Below the pieces are notes generated by a model that did not search any database, was not told where the DNA came from, and worked only from the letters and a program-made list of their open reading frames with translations. This document shows positions 1 to 13,944 of a stretch of DNA of 64,000 nt, one piece after another. The first letter of the stretch is position 1, and every line of letters starts with the position of its first letter. This DNA is from Octopus sinensis (taxonomy: Eukaryota), in the NCBI RefSeq assembly GCF_006345805.1, contig NC_042998.1, positions 124,620,001 through 124,684,000 on the forward strand, written 5' to 3'. Made by a program: the position numbers and the translations under genes.

Positions 1-250
1 ATTTCTTGTACAGTGCTTTTACTCGTTACTCTTTCCTCGTTACTGAATGCAAGAATAATTTAGGTGTGAATATTCTATTTGCCTATCTGCTTGAAGTTTC
101 CTATCCCAAAGTACATTACATGGTCATTTTCAAGGGCGCTTTATGGGCAAACCATTTTCCCGTGTCTTCAATCCATGTCTTACAGGTTTGCCAATGTGTG
201 ATTATAGTAACCTTGTGATGCCGCCAATTACTTTAATCCACATATTTATT
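1..250 (-). mobile_element. Decayed R4/Dong-clade non-LTR retrotransposon, restriction-like endonuclease (RLE) region remnant
   Basis: Minus-strand translation with frameshifts gives GKWFAHKAP/LENDHVM-WDRKLQADRQIE, matching the W..HKP..VLEN..I.WD..IQTDR.I pattern that precedes the RLE PD..D motif. Confidence 0.55.
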
Positions 251-264
251 ATCACTATTGTTGT

Positions 265-362
265 AAAGACGGCTAGCCGACAGAGTCTTTAGCACGTCGG
301 GCAAAATGTTTTGTGGCATTTTGTCCGTCTCCAGGTTCTGAGTTCAAATTTTGCCAAAGTGG
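265..362 (+). mobile_element. tRNA-derived SINE family A, 5' fragment
   Basis: ttagcacgtcgggcaaaatg...ttctgagttcaaatttt matches the head and B-box of the complete copies at 20576-20828 and 50821-51044. Confidence 0.7.
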
Positions 363-697
363 ATCTTCATCATTTCCTGATTGAGGGTACTGCTCTTGAA
401 TTTATTGGTTCAATAAGATTTTTGGAATTCAGCTTTGACTGCAATAATTTACTTACTCTCCTTGTGTACTCGCTACTGATAATTTGTTTCATTTCTTCGT
501 TTTTTTTTAATTTCGTCTGCTTCCAGTATTCCCATATACTTATACCACTGTCCTTTTTCAACCACTTTCATTGCTTGCCCATTTGGTATTTCAATTCCCT
601 GGCTTCTTTCAAATCTTCCACGTTTCATTCTTCATATAGCGCACATTTCTAACCCAAATTCTATACCTACGTCATTTTAGAAAATGTCATGAAGATG
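361..697 (-). mobile_element. Older R4/Dong-clade fragment (RT end and thumb)
   Basis: Minus strand reads GIEFGLEMCA..MKRGRFERSQGIEIPNGQ..YKYMGILE..MKQIISSEYTRRVSKLLQSKLNSKNLIEPINSRAVP, with frameshifts (part is ORF 370-561). Confidence 0.75.
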
Positions 698-1890
698 ATT
701 ATTATTCTGTTTGACTTTTGCTTTATATTTGTATAAGTTGGCTCCAAGTCTCACCCAGAGACCTCAAGAGACAACAGGTTGGAAAGTTCACGTTGTTCTT
801 ATGCCTAGCGTGCCATATATTTGGGGGTTTTTGGTGTTGTACTAGTGAATGTCTAATAAAAAAAATAAAAAAATAAAATTGTTTGTTTTAAACCTTGAGA
901 TTACATAGAAAGTATTTTGCGTAGGATATGAGCAGTTCCCAAGAGCACTATCTTTTGAATTTCTGCCATTTTGGGGTTACCTGGTATCTGAGTTAGGTAG
1001 CAATCAGCCCCTTTCGCTATCATTCCCAGGGCACCTATGACAACAGGTATTGTTTTAGTCTTCAGGTTCCACATTTTGCTGATTTCTATTTCAAGATCTT
1101 TATATTTGCTCAGTTTTTTGTAGGTCTTGACAGATACGTTTATATCGATTGGGGCAGTCATATCAATGAGGAGGCATGTTCTTTGTCTGAAGTCTTTCAA
1201 TATGAATTCTGGCCTATTTACATCTATCTTTCTGCCTGTTTGAATGGTGAAGTTCCAGAGGAGTGAGATGTGGTCGTTTTCAAGCACTGGAGGTGGTTTG
1301 TGTTCCCACCAGTTTTTAACATGGGCAAATCCAGATTTTAGCAAATTAGCCAGTGAATATATTGTGCAGCTCTATCATGCATGTTGAGATACTCTGTAGG
1401 CGATAGAAGACTGCACTTGGAGACAACATGATCAATGGTTTCATTTTGTTGTTGACATACACGACATGTTGGGCTACTGACGTTCTTTAATATGTTGGCC
1501 TGGTAGTTTCTTGTTGGTAATCATTGATCTTGAGCTGCTATGATAAACCCCTCTGTTTCAGATTTTAAGCCAGAGGCCATTAGTCATTGATGGGTCAGGG
1601 TTTTGTCAACATCTGCATTGTTCGCTCTCTTTGGGTATTTGCCATAGAGAGGTTTTTCTTGCCATTTATCTTTCAGAATATCTAAGGTCGCAGTTTTAGC
1701 ACGGGTTTTCATGCGCTTAGCGTTTTTTGTGCTTGTTTCTTGTATGTCTATCTCTAATTGCGAAATTTGTTGTATTCGGAATTCACTTAGATATTCCTTT
1801 GCCTGTTTTGTTACTGAGTATGATGCTTTCTTGTTTTCATGTTTTGAGACAAGTTTTAACATGCAGTCCTCAGACTTTTTCAGATAGGTG
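698..1890 (-). mobile_element. 5'-truncated R4/Dong-clade non-LTR retrotransposon (CCHC knuckle, RLE, 3' UTR)
   Basis: Reads KDKWQEKPLYGKY..GLKSETEGFIIAAQDQ..CRVCQQQNETIDHVVSKC..WEHKPPPVLEN..NRPEFILKD..LIDMTAPID..KLSKYKDL..IPVVIGALG..LLGTAHILRKIL, stop at 901. The 3' UTR ends in aataataat, and the 5' junction abuts (TAA)n at 1891. Confidence 0.9.
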
Positions 1891-1911
1891 ATTATTATTA
1901 TTATTATTATT

Positions 1912-1959
<48 letters not shown>

Positions 1960-1992
1960 GCTGTTGTTGTTGTTGTTATCATTATTATTATT
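1891..1992. repeat. Compound (ATT)n(GTT)n(ATT)n microsatellite
   Basis: Direct reading. Confidence 0.95.
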
Positions 1993-2150
1993 AGGGAGGC
2001 GACATTGCCGAGGCCTAGCTTGTCGGACTAAACACTTATCTGCATTCCTTCTAGGTCTTTACGTTCTCAGTTCAAATTCAGCCGAAGTACTGAGGCCGAG
2101 GTAATCGACTAAACCCCTCTCCCTACATTTATTTACTTTGTACCAAAAAT
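1992..2150 (+). mobile_element. Degenerate SINE family A copy
   Basis: tttacgttctcagttcaaattcagccga..gtaatcgactaaacccctc..ttgtaccaaaa. Confidence 0.6.
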
Positions 2151-2667
2151 ATTTTTTAAATTTTGTCTTTTTTGTGATGACAATAACACGTCTTTATGAG
2201 TCGCTCATTAGCGTATTCGTTCGTTTATATTATATGTTCAAAATTTTATGAATTTTATGAACTTATTGAAGCCAGCAGGAGACATAGGGCTTGTTGTTGC
2301 TGTCTTAGTTTCCCATCTTTTGAGACTCAAATTTACATTTTGTTTCGAAAAACATTTGTTTTACAAACACGATGCCAACTTCCACAGTCAGCAAATTGAA
2401 GAGAACTGTAGGATTTTGCGCAAAGACAACTACAGCATTTGGAAAGGAAAGAAAGCAATTTTCAAAAGTTGGAAGTTCAAAATCCAAATAATTACACTAG
2501 GCTAAAGCGGCAAGCAACATCAACAATAGCAGCAGAGGTTGGTGTTGTTGTCGAGTCACTTGATTCATTGCATTTGATGTGTGTTCGCTTCATGTGAGTC
2601 TTGCTGTTGTTTAAATTGTTGAAGGTCTACCGCACCTAATTGTTGTATTTTTATTTTATTCCCTATT

Positions 2668-3425
2668 TATGGGTGAAGTTGTGAATATCAACATTATGGA
2701 AAGTCAACCAGTTCCAGCAGGCAGTTACGCTGCAGTGGCTGGGAAAAGTCTAACGGCAGATGTCTTGAAAGTTAGAGAAATGAAACTGAACGACACAAAT
2801 TTTAAGAAATATAATGAATTGTTACGAAAGGAGTGAGACAGCCTGAGGTTGACGCCGCCCAAGGAAATTGTGGAAAAAAACGGAAAAAAGGACAGTAATA
2901 TACAGAACACTGTCTATCATTACAAAAAGAGTTAATAGCTGCTGCAGAGGCAGTCGAAGAATACTTGAAAGAAATCAAAAGCCTAACTACGTATTACACC
3001 AGAGGGAAGAAATATAGCACAGTGTAGGTACGCTTTGTGAGTGAACAAGAAGTGATAAAACACTTCACTGTGCCTTTGATATCTACCGTGTGGGTACTGC
3101 TACCAACCTACTGTGGCAAACGTGCGGCCAGAGTTAGGATTTGTAGAGTGCCTCCAGAAATTGACGAGGCGTGGCTAGTGGCAGCCATCCTCTATAATAC
3201 AAAAGTGGAAACTAAAATACTTAAAATCACAAGAAGGTAAAATTTTGGGGTGACGGTCCACATCAGTTTACCTGACCTCCACAAAATTGCAGAGGAATTA
3301 GTGTTACCGTACGAGACAAAGCTAAGAGTTGTAGTGGTATGAAGACCTTCCATATGTTTTCAGTGTGGAGTACGTGGATACATGAAAGCTAAGTTACCCC
3401 AGAAACACGAAGAGGAGCTGATGGA
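2668..3425 (+). mobile_element. Decayed LINE ORF1 (L1/Tx1-type gag-like: RRM plus CCHC knuckle)
   Basis: MGEV..GSYAAVAGK..VRICRVPPEIDEAWLVAAIL..KLRVVVV*RPSICFQCGVRGYMKAK, a degenerate CX2CX4HX4C; several stops and frameshifts. Confidence 0.65.
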
Positions 3426-3444
3426 GATACATTTCTTATGGTTT

Positions 3445-3694
3445 TAATTTCTGAGTTCAAATTCCGCAGGGGTTCACTTTGCTTTTCATCCTTCCGGCAA
3501 TAAGGCAGCAGAAGTAGCAAAGACAAGAGAAATAACGACATAAGAAACAGCAAAAGGATACAGGAAAACCAGTTCCAAGAGCAACAACTGCAACAACTAC
3601 GAAAGTAATAACACTACCAAGGGCAAGTCGAATACATGGGTCGATGTAATCGACTTACCCCTCCCCGAAATCGCTAGCCTTGTACCAAAATTTG

Positions 3695-3700
<6 letters not shown>
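3445..3700 (+). mobile_element. SINE family A split into two pieces (about 3445-3497 and 3625-3700) by a purine-rich segment
   Basis: ttctgagttcaaattccgc..ctttgcttttcatccttccgg, then about 130 bp of unrelated sequence, then gggtcgatgtaatcgacttacccctcccc..ccttgtaccaaaatttgaaatc. Confidence 0.65.
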
Positions 3701-3768
<68 letters not shown>

Positions 3769-3783
3769 AGCCACAGCAGCAGC

Positions 3784-3815
<32 letters not shown>
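3697..3815. repeat. Compound (CAT)n(CAG)n(TAG)n microsatellite
   Basis: Direct reading. Confidence 0.95.
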
Positions 3816-3816
<1 letters not shown>

Positions 3817-4099
3817 TTTTGTATCAGTGTATTGCGAGTAGTGACTGTATTATTGAGTGTATTTCTATTTGCTAAGTTTTGCTAAGCATGTGCTAAGTTT
3901 TGTGATGATTCTGTATTTTCCAATGTATTATAATTCTTCCAATGTTGCATACCACAGACCAGCGCTGTTTGGAAACCCTGCAGCGTTGAAATAGTATTTG
4001 TCTGAACAGTTATTCCCGGGCACTTGTTGTTATGCAAACCGTTTCTCATTTCAGCTCCTGACGGAACCATTAAAACGTTGGACCATTTTCCTTACGGTA

Positions 4100-4240
4100 G
4101 TTCATCCAATTATTTGCGTTCTCAGTTCGAATACCGTCGAGGTTAACATTGCTTTCTATTCTTTCGGAATCTATGAAATAATGTACAAGTCAAGTATTGG
4201 GATCACTGAAATTGTTTGTCCTGTGACAAAATTTGAAACA
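4100..4240 (+). mobile_element. Highly degenerate SINE family A copy
   Basis: gcgttctcagttcgaataccgtcgaggttaacattgctttctattctttcgg..aaaatttgaaac. Confidence 0.5.
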
Positions 4241-4529
4241 ATTAATATTATTACTATTATTTTTAGATCAAATCCGTCTTTCATCCTTCCAAATTCGATA
4301 AAATAAGTCGACAACTGACAAAATAAATACAATACTTATACCTTCTGTTATATAATTTTGTCTCTCTGATAGATCAACAGTAATGTGTATGGGAATGGGC
4401 TTACCTTTATATACAGAGAGCTGAATATTAGTTACATCATATAACGGTACCCAATGATGTGAGAATTCCAGGAACGGGAAAAAAAACTTGCATCCGTATA
4501 TCAGCAAGTATTTATGTTGGTAAAATATA

Positions 4530-4582
4530 GCTGTATGTATGTATGTATGTATGTATGTATGTATGTATGTATGTATGTATGT

Positions 4583-4637
<55 letters not shown>

Positions 4638-5492
4638 TACGCATATTTGAATATAGATCTGTGTGTGTGTGAGCGTGTGTATTTGTGTGAGTGTGCGTGA
4701 AAATACGGATGTATGTATATGTGTATGCATGAATATAGAAGAAAGAAACAGTGTGAGGGAGAGTAATATATGGATATATATGCATATACGTATATGTTTT
4801 ATATGTGCGTGTGTCTGAGTGTGACATCTTATAGATATATGAAATATAGGCATATGTATAAGCATTCATATAAATTTTCTTAAACACACACACGCGCGCA
4901 CATGTATAATATATATATACACATATATAGACATATATGTCAGTGTTATTTACTGATAGTAGATATAATAAACACAATGATATATCGAGACACATCCGTA
5001 CAAACACATATATGTATTTAAGATATATAATATATATACCTATACATATGTATATATATATGTTGTATATATACATAGATATATATGAGAGAGAAGTATG
5101 TAGAAGGACTGTTCATAAAGTGCTGTTGTTTGTCTATATATCTATTTAAATATATATAATTATATATACATATCAATACATATAATTTTATATATATATA
5201 TTCATACATACATACATATATATCTACATATACATATATAGAAAGACAACAGCACTCTTAGAACTGTCCCTCTATATACATGTCTCCCCCCCCTCTCTCT
5301 CTCTCTCTCTGTATGTATATATGCATGTATATATGTAAATGTATTTATATATATATATATACACCCACATATATGCATATAAATATAAATGCATATCCAT
5401 ACTCATATATACATATATATGCATATATGGGTGCGTGTTTGTACGAGTGTATATGTGTGTGCGCGTGTGTGCCTCTGTGTGTTTGTGCGTGT

Positions 5493-5540
<48 letters not shown>

Positions 5541-5560
5541 TGGTCCTTCTTTTTCTACTT
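4530..5560. repeat. Block of (TATG)n, (AG)n, (CAGA)n, (AT)n and (GT)n microsatellites
   Basis: Direct reading. It accounts for the YI/HT/CV-rich ORFs here. Confidence 0.9.
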
Positions 5561-6975
5561 TAGATATCGGGATATTCGAGCGATACTGCTTTTATTTTAT
5601 TCATATTTTCGTACACTTATTATTCTTTCGAAAAAAAAATCTCGTTGGATGAACCATATCATCTTTTCCTTGCTTCACACACCACCAAAGCTAAATATCC
5701 ATTTATGCCTGCAACAGCATTCATATCTAGCAGAATATTGTATTCAATAGGGAACACGCTTATTGAAATATAATCGAATATCGGCTTTTGCGAAGCATGT
5801 TTGTGAAACTCATGACCTGTTCACATGGCATTACTGACCGAGGAGTTTCTCTTGCTGACAGTTTCTGTTGTAGAAAGCCCCCAAAGTCAACAAATGTATT
5901 GGAAAAAGCTTTTAAAATCAAGTTATTCTCTACCTTTCTGTATTCGTTGTTTACCACACCAAGAATGAAGATATAATTCAGCAACTGCTTAACTGAAGTA
6001 TTCGTGAGTAATATACAGTTCTGTTCATAACAGTAAAAGCTATATTTACGATGGCTGACTCATAAAACTCCATTGATGTTTGATTTATTTAGGGAATCTA
6101 CATATGGACGTGCGAATGTTTGCATATGTATGTGCAGACACACACACACATATATGTATGTGTACAATTATCCGCACATATATATGAACATATGTATACG
6201 TACACGCCGCATGCGCACTCGGACACATAAATACATATTACATGACATATAGCAATGCATAAATGAAAATATATGTTTTTCTGTATGTCTCGATAGATAG
6301 ATAGAGAGAGAGAGACAAACACACATACATATATACATACATACATGCATACATACATACATACATACATACATACATACATACATACATACATACATAC
6401 ATACATACATTCATACTTACATACATATATAGAACGACACAGGGATGGACAAAAAGTTGGTTCTTCAACTCCAATGTTGAAAGTAGGAAAGACAAACCGA
6501 TGTAAGGGCAAATATATAGATTGGCAGAAAGAAATTTGATATATGAAAACAGAATAAATATATTACATAATATATTATTATAACTATATATACATATATT
6601 TATAACCAAGTATAAAATAAATATAGCAAGGCTTCGAGCGCGCCACTAAAATATCAATTTCAAATATATGGACAGATTCGCAGAAAACCAGCAATACAAA
6701 TATTAGCAAGAGAACTACAATATCAAGAAAGGAAAATAAAACAAATTAGCTCCAGGAACATAATAAAAATATCAACAAAGAGTATAAAATGTATAGCTTT
6801 GTATCTATATGACCAAGATCATAGTGGCTTCCACCAAAATAATATTGGGAGATAAAATGTGTGTGCTCCTGTATTTTTGTGTGTCTGCACATATGTACAT
6901 GACAGGCATATACACGCACGTATGTATGTATGTATTATATTAATATATATGTGTGTGTGTGCATACATGTATATG

Positions 6976-7054
<79 letters not shown>

Positions 7055-8086
7055 TTGCGACTATACATACGCACCCTCTCTCTCTTTCTCTCTGTCTCTC
7101 TCTTTCTGTCCCTCTCTTTCTCTCTCTCCCTCTCTCTCTCTCTCTCCCTCTCACTCATGCACACACACACTACATATGCGCACACATTTATGTATACTTG
7201 AAAAGTAAACATAATTACTAGCACCCATGTAATTCAACCGTTGGATAAATCATAGGTTAGGCTTTACAATAGATGGATACTCGACCTTTCTGATAATATT
7301 TATGTGCACTTATTGTGCGGACCGAGCTCTCGGTAAAATACATCCGAATTTACTATATAAATTCTCGATAAACAAGATGGAAGAGAAATCATTCATGCTT
7401 TACAACCAGCTATTGAATAATACCTAATTGTAATTTCTCAATAGTAACTTCATGTTTTATTTGTGATATTTCCGTCTGTGGATTTCAAATACCATTTCAA
7501 GCAAAAGTTTCTACATACATAATGTGAATATTTTATGTAACATCTCTTATGATTTACTTCACATAAAGTAATGCTGAGTTAACTTCTAATAGCCATTGTA
7601 ATATACAATGATTATATCATGCTCTGATATTTTAGCTACCAGTTTACTGTTCATTGTTATCTAGCTTTGTCATTGGTGCATATAATATATAGAAATAAAT
7701 GATTACGAAGTTAGCATCGGAAACAGGTGGTGCCGGCTTCGATATTCACCATACGATAACTATAGGAAGTATTTTCTTTCATAGTCTCGAGTCGGAGAGA
7801 CATTTGTTTAAGAAACTGTCTTGACGAAAACTGTATTCGTTCGTCGTATTGACTGCGTCTGCGTTTCGAATGAATCAAACTTTAAAACACTGAAAATGTT
7901 TGAGAATAACATTATATAAAAAACTTTTCTTTAAAAACATATTCGAATAATTATCTATTACATATTGAGCAAGAAGCTCCCTTGTTCGCAGTCCGACAAA
8001 TCTCGACCGCAGTATAGAAATTGTATAGGCTTATACATGTGAGTGCACACAAACACACACACACATACACACACACACACACACAC

Positions 8087-8142
<56 letters not shown>

Positions 8143-8348
8143 TTTTTTAATAATATATTATTATTATTAATATTAGAGAATCAATATCAAAACTCCTCAG
8201 AAAGATACACACGTGTGACAATAGTCGTTGCATTAAAAATATAAAAATAAATAAATATAAATATGTATAAAAATATATGTTAATATGTATGAGTATAAAT
8301 ATATAATGTATATGACAGTTTAAAAGTTTTGAATTAATTATTTAAAGC

Positions 8349-8438
8349 ATCTTACGATCGTTTCCCAGAAGAGATGTCCTTATAATGAAATCCTATATTG
8401 ATAAGCATTTATAGACAACGCTTCTGCTCTTCAGAGAT
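8349..8438 (-). ncRNA. Minimal type I hammerhead ribozyme (near-intact, long loop II)
   Basis: Minus strand: AUCU-CUGAAGA-GCAGAAG-(about 49 nt)-CUUCUGG-GAAA-CGAUCG-U-A-AGAU. Stem I is 4 bp, the core is intact, stem II is 6 bp with a G.G at its base, and stem III is the palindrome ACGAUCGU. Confidence 0.65.
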
Positions 8439-8651
8439 ATAAAATATGAATATTGTATAACATATCGAATGATAGTTTGTTTTTTTTTTAATTTGAAGTA
8501 AAACTGTAAAATGGTGTTTGTTTGAAATATAAATAAAAAATAAAAAATTACTTTTGATGAGGGTCTTGAAATCTCTATATACTTCCTTGGTTATTCTTCT
8601 GCAATAATCCATAATATTCATATGTAAAATCCGTTATATTAGCTTGTATTC

Positions 8652-8727
<76 letters not shown>

Positions 8728-8747
8728 CTGTGTGTGTGTGTGTGTGT

Positions 8748-8786
<39 letters not shown>

Positions 8787-9389
8787 AAATAATAACACGA
8801 ATGGGCTGAGGTTTACCACAGTTGTTTCAGACGTGTTTCTTTATTGATGAACAAATTACATTATGTAAAAAAAAATTCTCTTCAGGTTAATAAAAATAAA
8901 ATAAAATTTGGCATTTAGGATTTATCTCTTCTAAATATTTTTATGTGTGTGTGTCTTAAATGCTTTAATCAGCGAAGGATTTCCTCATACAAACTATGTA
9001 ATCTGAAGTCAGTCTAAGGTTGTATATATATATATATATTCGACTAAACATTGTTCACGTGTGAATTCAATGAGTATGAATCTTAGTTGATTGAACAATT
9101 CAATGCCCATCTTGATAAGGCTCAGCGTACGTTAATACCTGCTTATCATCATCCATATGTACAATAGATTTTTTAAAGAATTTAAAACTTCACAGAATAT
9201 ATTAACGACTCGTATTTTAATGTACATGCCTTTAAACATTTTTAAACATTCTTGTAAACAACATTTTTTCTGAGTTAATCTATTTTTATAAGTGTATAAA
9301 TATGTGCGTATGTAGTGTATATGTGGGTGTATGTATCTTTGTATTGTTTGTATATATATATGTGTGTGTGTGTATGCATGTATATATAT

Positions 9390-9433
<44 letters not shown>

Positions 9434-12400
9434 TATACACAATACATACATATACATAATACACATACAACATAGACACACATGTGAAATATGTGTATGT
9501 GCGAGTGTAAACATCTTCCAGCATCTGTATGCGCTTGCATATATGCGTACGCACCTTATATTCTTTCACATTCCCCAACAAACCTATTTTGATTAATGTA
9601 TAATTATCTTGTGTCGAGTAAATAAAGCGCACCATTATTGACATTTTTATTCAGTTAGCATGCTGATGCAATGTTATTATAACTAAAATTAGTTTGTTAA
9701 CTCAAATCTATATTGTTTTCAACTGTTTGCTTCACAGCTTAGAACTCAATCAAAACAGTTGTATTTACTGTCCTTTCTTAATAAAAATAATATTTCTGAT
9801 CTTATTGATTAAGGTGAATCCATGTAACATTGCTGAAAGTTAATGTTTGAACGAATCTTAATGCATTTGCTGCGGCTTTATTGAGCCAAATAGTATAAAG
9901 CTAGGTGCGTTATTAGGAAATGAATAAATTAAGCTCAATTTCAAGATAAAAGGAAATATAAGACCTGTGGCTTACTTATTGCAAATCAAATAATAGGTAT
10001 ATTATATAAAGAATAAGCGAAGCGGGAAATTAAGAACTTTTAAATTAAATGTATTGAAGATAAAAGATTTTCCTTGATGGTTTCCCTGGATCCCCACGAA
10101 AGATCTCCGATTATTTGATCGTACACTTGGGCAATTGAAATGAATGTTTTATTTTATTTCAACGATATTCAATGTGTTTGAGAAGTTATGGTAAATGAAA
10201 AGTTCTGAAAAGAGAATCTGCCAGTCATCCACACGAAAGGCAATATCTAATCCTCCTTTAATACAGCTTGTATTCAACAGCTGAATAGAATGTCGGAAGC
10301 AATGTAGTTTTCTTTTCACACCGCAAACCTTGCGAAGCAATGCAGCGCTTTCATCAATATAAGTGTAACGACGTAAACGATGGAATCTGAAGAATGAGAT
10401 TATAGACGTCTTAGCAGACACAGATTTAATTCAATTATATTAGAAAATGTTGAAACAAGCTGTCTATGCCGTATTTCTTTGGTAATATGAGGAAAGAGGT
10501 TTAATATTTGGTCGTTTGGGTATTAGGATAAAAATGACTAAAATTGAAAAAGTACATTGGACATTAAAATTATCATCTATGACCGCAAGATATTGCTGAG
10601 AAGATATCAACACTATATATGCTAAAATTAAAACGTTATAAACAAGTGTTAAGAACGCCATAATTTATATCTGTCATACCAACATATTTATAACTATTGA
10701 GTCATCCTGTTTTCATTTCATATTACACTAACGCTAGATTTCGTCAATCGGAAAACTAATCCATATTTTTTCACTTAGTTCGAGTGTGCTTCTTAATATA
10801 TTCGTCAATGTAATAACAGTGAGAAGATAGTAAATATTTTACAAGTAATAAAGGTGACAGAGCTCAATTCTTGGAGAAGGATATGTATGTAAGTAAAAAT
10901 ATGACATCTGAAAATGTTCACAAATATATATTGGAAAAATATTACGATCGAAATGTAGTGGTCGATACTTACATGAAATGTGGCGCACAGCTCAAGTAAA
11001 ATATATCAACTTAACTCTAGTTTACTAATGAAGTGGGTATCTTTTAGTTCAAAGTCAAAGTCCGTTGAGTTAACATGAGTATTTATTTAAGAGTACAATA
11101 GTATCGATTTCTAACATAGGCAAGATAATTCAGTTCGGTATAAGGGGTATAATCGATTATAGAATAACCCAAGCACTTGACTGGTATTTTGTTTTGTTAT
11201 CTTAGGAAGAGCGTAAATCGAAGTTAACTTTGCTGAAATATGAAATTTGAATGTAAATGTCTGTAAAATGAAACTGAGAACGTCCAACTATCTAGCGACT
11301 CTGACAGTTTACTACTCTCTGCAGCAATGAAGTTACTAATATATTAGCAATAGAAAGACTGTTTGAGATAGTCTCGTCACTGTTATTGTGTCTCTTCATT
11401 GGCAATGCGTTCCATTTATAGTAAGAGCAATGAATGAATGATAGTATTCCGGCAAATAAATAGGTTCTGAGTTCAAACAATTTTAATGTTAGCTTTGCAT
11501 TTCATTTCCTCCAGGATGATAAAATAATGCATTCTCCCCAGGATTTGACCTTGTTTTAGAGTGAGAAATCAATAATTAGATTGCCTGGAATTACATATCA
11601 TATTTGACTATATAATTTTGGAATCAATTGATTTCGCAATATGTCAGTTAGAATTTCCCTTAGCTGTTAATTCTGCAGTGATGACTTGAACAATTAATTA
11701 TTGATATTGGGATTTAACTTTGACATAAGACTTGTATTTAATGGAAAGAGAGATTATAATCAATTAAATCGACTCTAATATATTATTTCTGCGTCTTTTA
11801 TCGGCTTCGGAAGCTTGATAAGCTAATAGCCCTTCGGCAATTCAAGAGCATATGATGTAGTAATACAAAGTTTTAATAGCAGTGTACTATGAATATTCCA
11901 GCGATCTAATCTGGGGTGTCTATTGGGCAACTAATTTTTCTCTCCCTAAGGACATAACTGTAAATTTTAAGAAGGTTTCGACTAGAACATTTGACATGTA
12001 TTCTTCATAACTCATAATATCCCTATGGTTGTAAGTGGGAGGTAAATCGTTCCGAAGCGATAGAAGTAAATGAATGCAAGTTACTCCATCAAATATCAAA
12101 TGACATAAATGAAATCTACCCCAGTAAAAAGGCAAAGAGTAATCTGGACCATGTAAAGACACAAGCTTGATCTGGTTGCTAAGCTGTCTCTTCAAACAGT
12201 GATTCTTCCAGAATAAACAAAATAAATATTTTGTCTTCGGAAAAAAGAAATAAAAATGCAATACCTATTCACAGAATTTTAAAGAGCAATGAAAAATCAT
12301 ATATTTGCCGAAGTCATGAGAACTATACAGATAATACAAGAGAAATATACTTATAGATTTATAACTAAGCAGCAGTCTGGTAATCCACAACCAAGGAAGG

Positions 12401-12748
12401 ATATATCCGGAATAAATATTTCATTTATAACTAACAGGTGCCCCCAGTACATACGTCGGATTCCCGAACCACGACAGGGTGCGTTTCAAATAGGAAATTA
12501 CAATTATATAGCAGTTGTGGAACTATAAATATGTGTAAATCATTCCCGAAATTATACACCTGTAAATAAGTGCATATCCAAAAATATAAAGCAACAAACA
12601 CGCTTGTCAAAATATAAAGATCTACAAGTGATGGCCCTTCTTGCATATACATTCATACATATGTGTGTGTGTGTGTATGTGTGTGTATGTGTGTGTATGC
12701 CTTTATATATGTGTACCGCTGTCATTCACTATATATATACATATATAT

Positions 12749-12804
<56 letters not shown>

Positions 12805-13573
12805 GCATATATATGAATATATACACACCTGTGTATATGCACACATATACATATATTCCTTCAAATAAACACGTACTCAAGCAACACATATACATACACG
12901 CATACACACACAAGCACGCTCATAGACAGTCATAGACACACACATATACATACACACACAGGCATACAAATATATGTATGTATGTATGTATGCATGTAGT
13001 TAGTTAGTTAGTTAGGTAGGTACGTACGTACGTACGTACGTACGTTCGTAGTACGTTCGTACGTATACGTGTATACACATGTAAGTGCGTATATGCAAAT
13101 GTTATAATTGCTAATAGCTCTTCTGTGCTTATATAAGTACCAATAGAATCTCACGAACACGGAAATGACGCGTTGCAGAAATGGAAAATGTATCACGATT
13201 TAGTAAGACAATAAGAATGTAAAAAAAAGCTATGCGTATGTATTGTATGATACATTCCCTCGTGATATGACAAATATGCATAGAGATACATTACATACAC
13301 TGTGATGTGTGTGAGCACATAATTACATATATATAGAGAGAGGGATGTACGCAAATATACAGATATATGTATGTATGTATATGTATATATGTATGTATGT
13401 ATGCATGCATATAGATTTGAATACAGAAACAAACAGATATGCACACGCACATATATACACGCAAATATGTGTTCATATGTCTGCAGTCTATGTTAACAAA
13501 AATGTATATATGCATATATAACATGTACTAACTGGCATATATGCGAGTGTGTGTGTGCGCGCGCGCTTGATAT

Positions 13574-13604
<31 letters not shown>

Positions 13605-13608
13605 ATGT

Positions 13609-13696
<88 letters not shown>

Positions 13697-13909
13697 CTAC
13701 AATGTCTACATGTAATTTTATGAATATTTTATGAATGCATCTCTTTGAATGAACTGGTCTGTTAGCATATATGAAGGTATGCAGCCCTGATAATTTCACA
13801 ACATCGGGAGATATATTCGAGATATAATTATTAACGCATACAAGCGCGAACATGCTATCTAAAATTTTGCGCATTTTGCTTTGATATTTAGTTTAATTTC
13901 ATCGCCCTG

Positions 13910-13944
<35 letters not shown>

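Noticed and set aside
5760-12652. Several short open frames with plausible splice sites on both strands (e.g. FHRLRRYTYIDESAALLRK at about 10330-10388; VYNFGNDLH..VRESD at about 12456-12560)
   Set aside because: They cannot be chained into a recognisable protein, and candidates occur equally on both strands, as expected by chance in AT-rich DNA.
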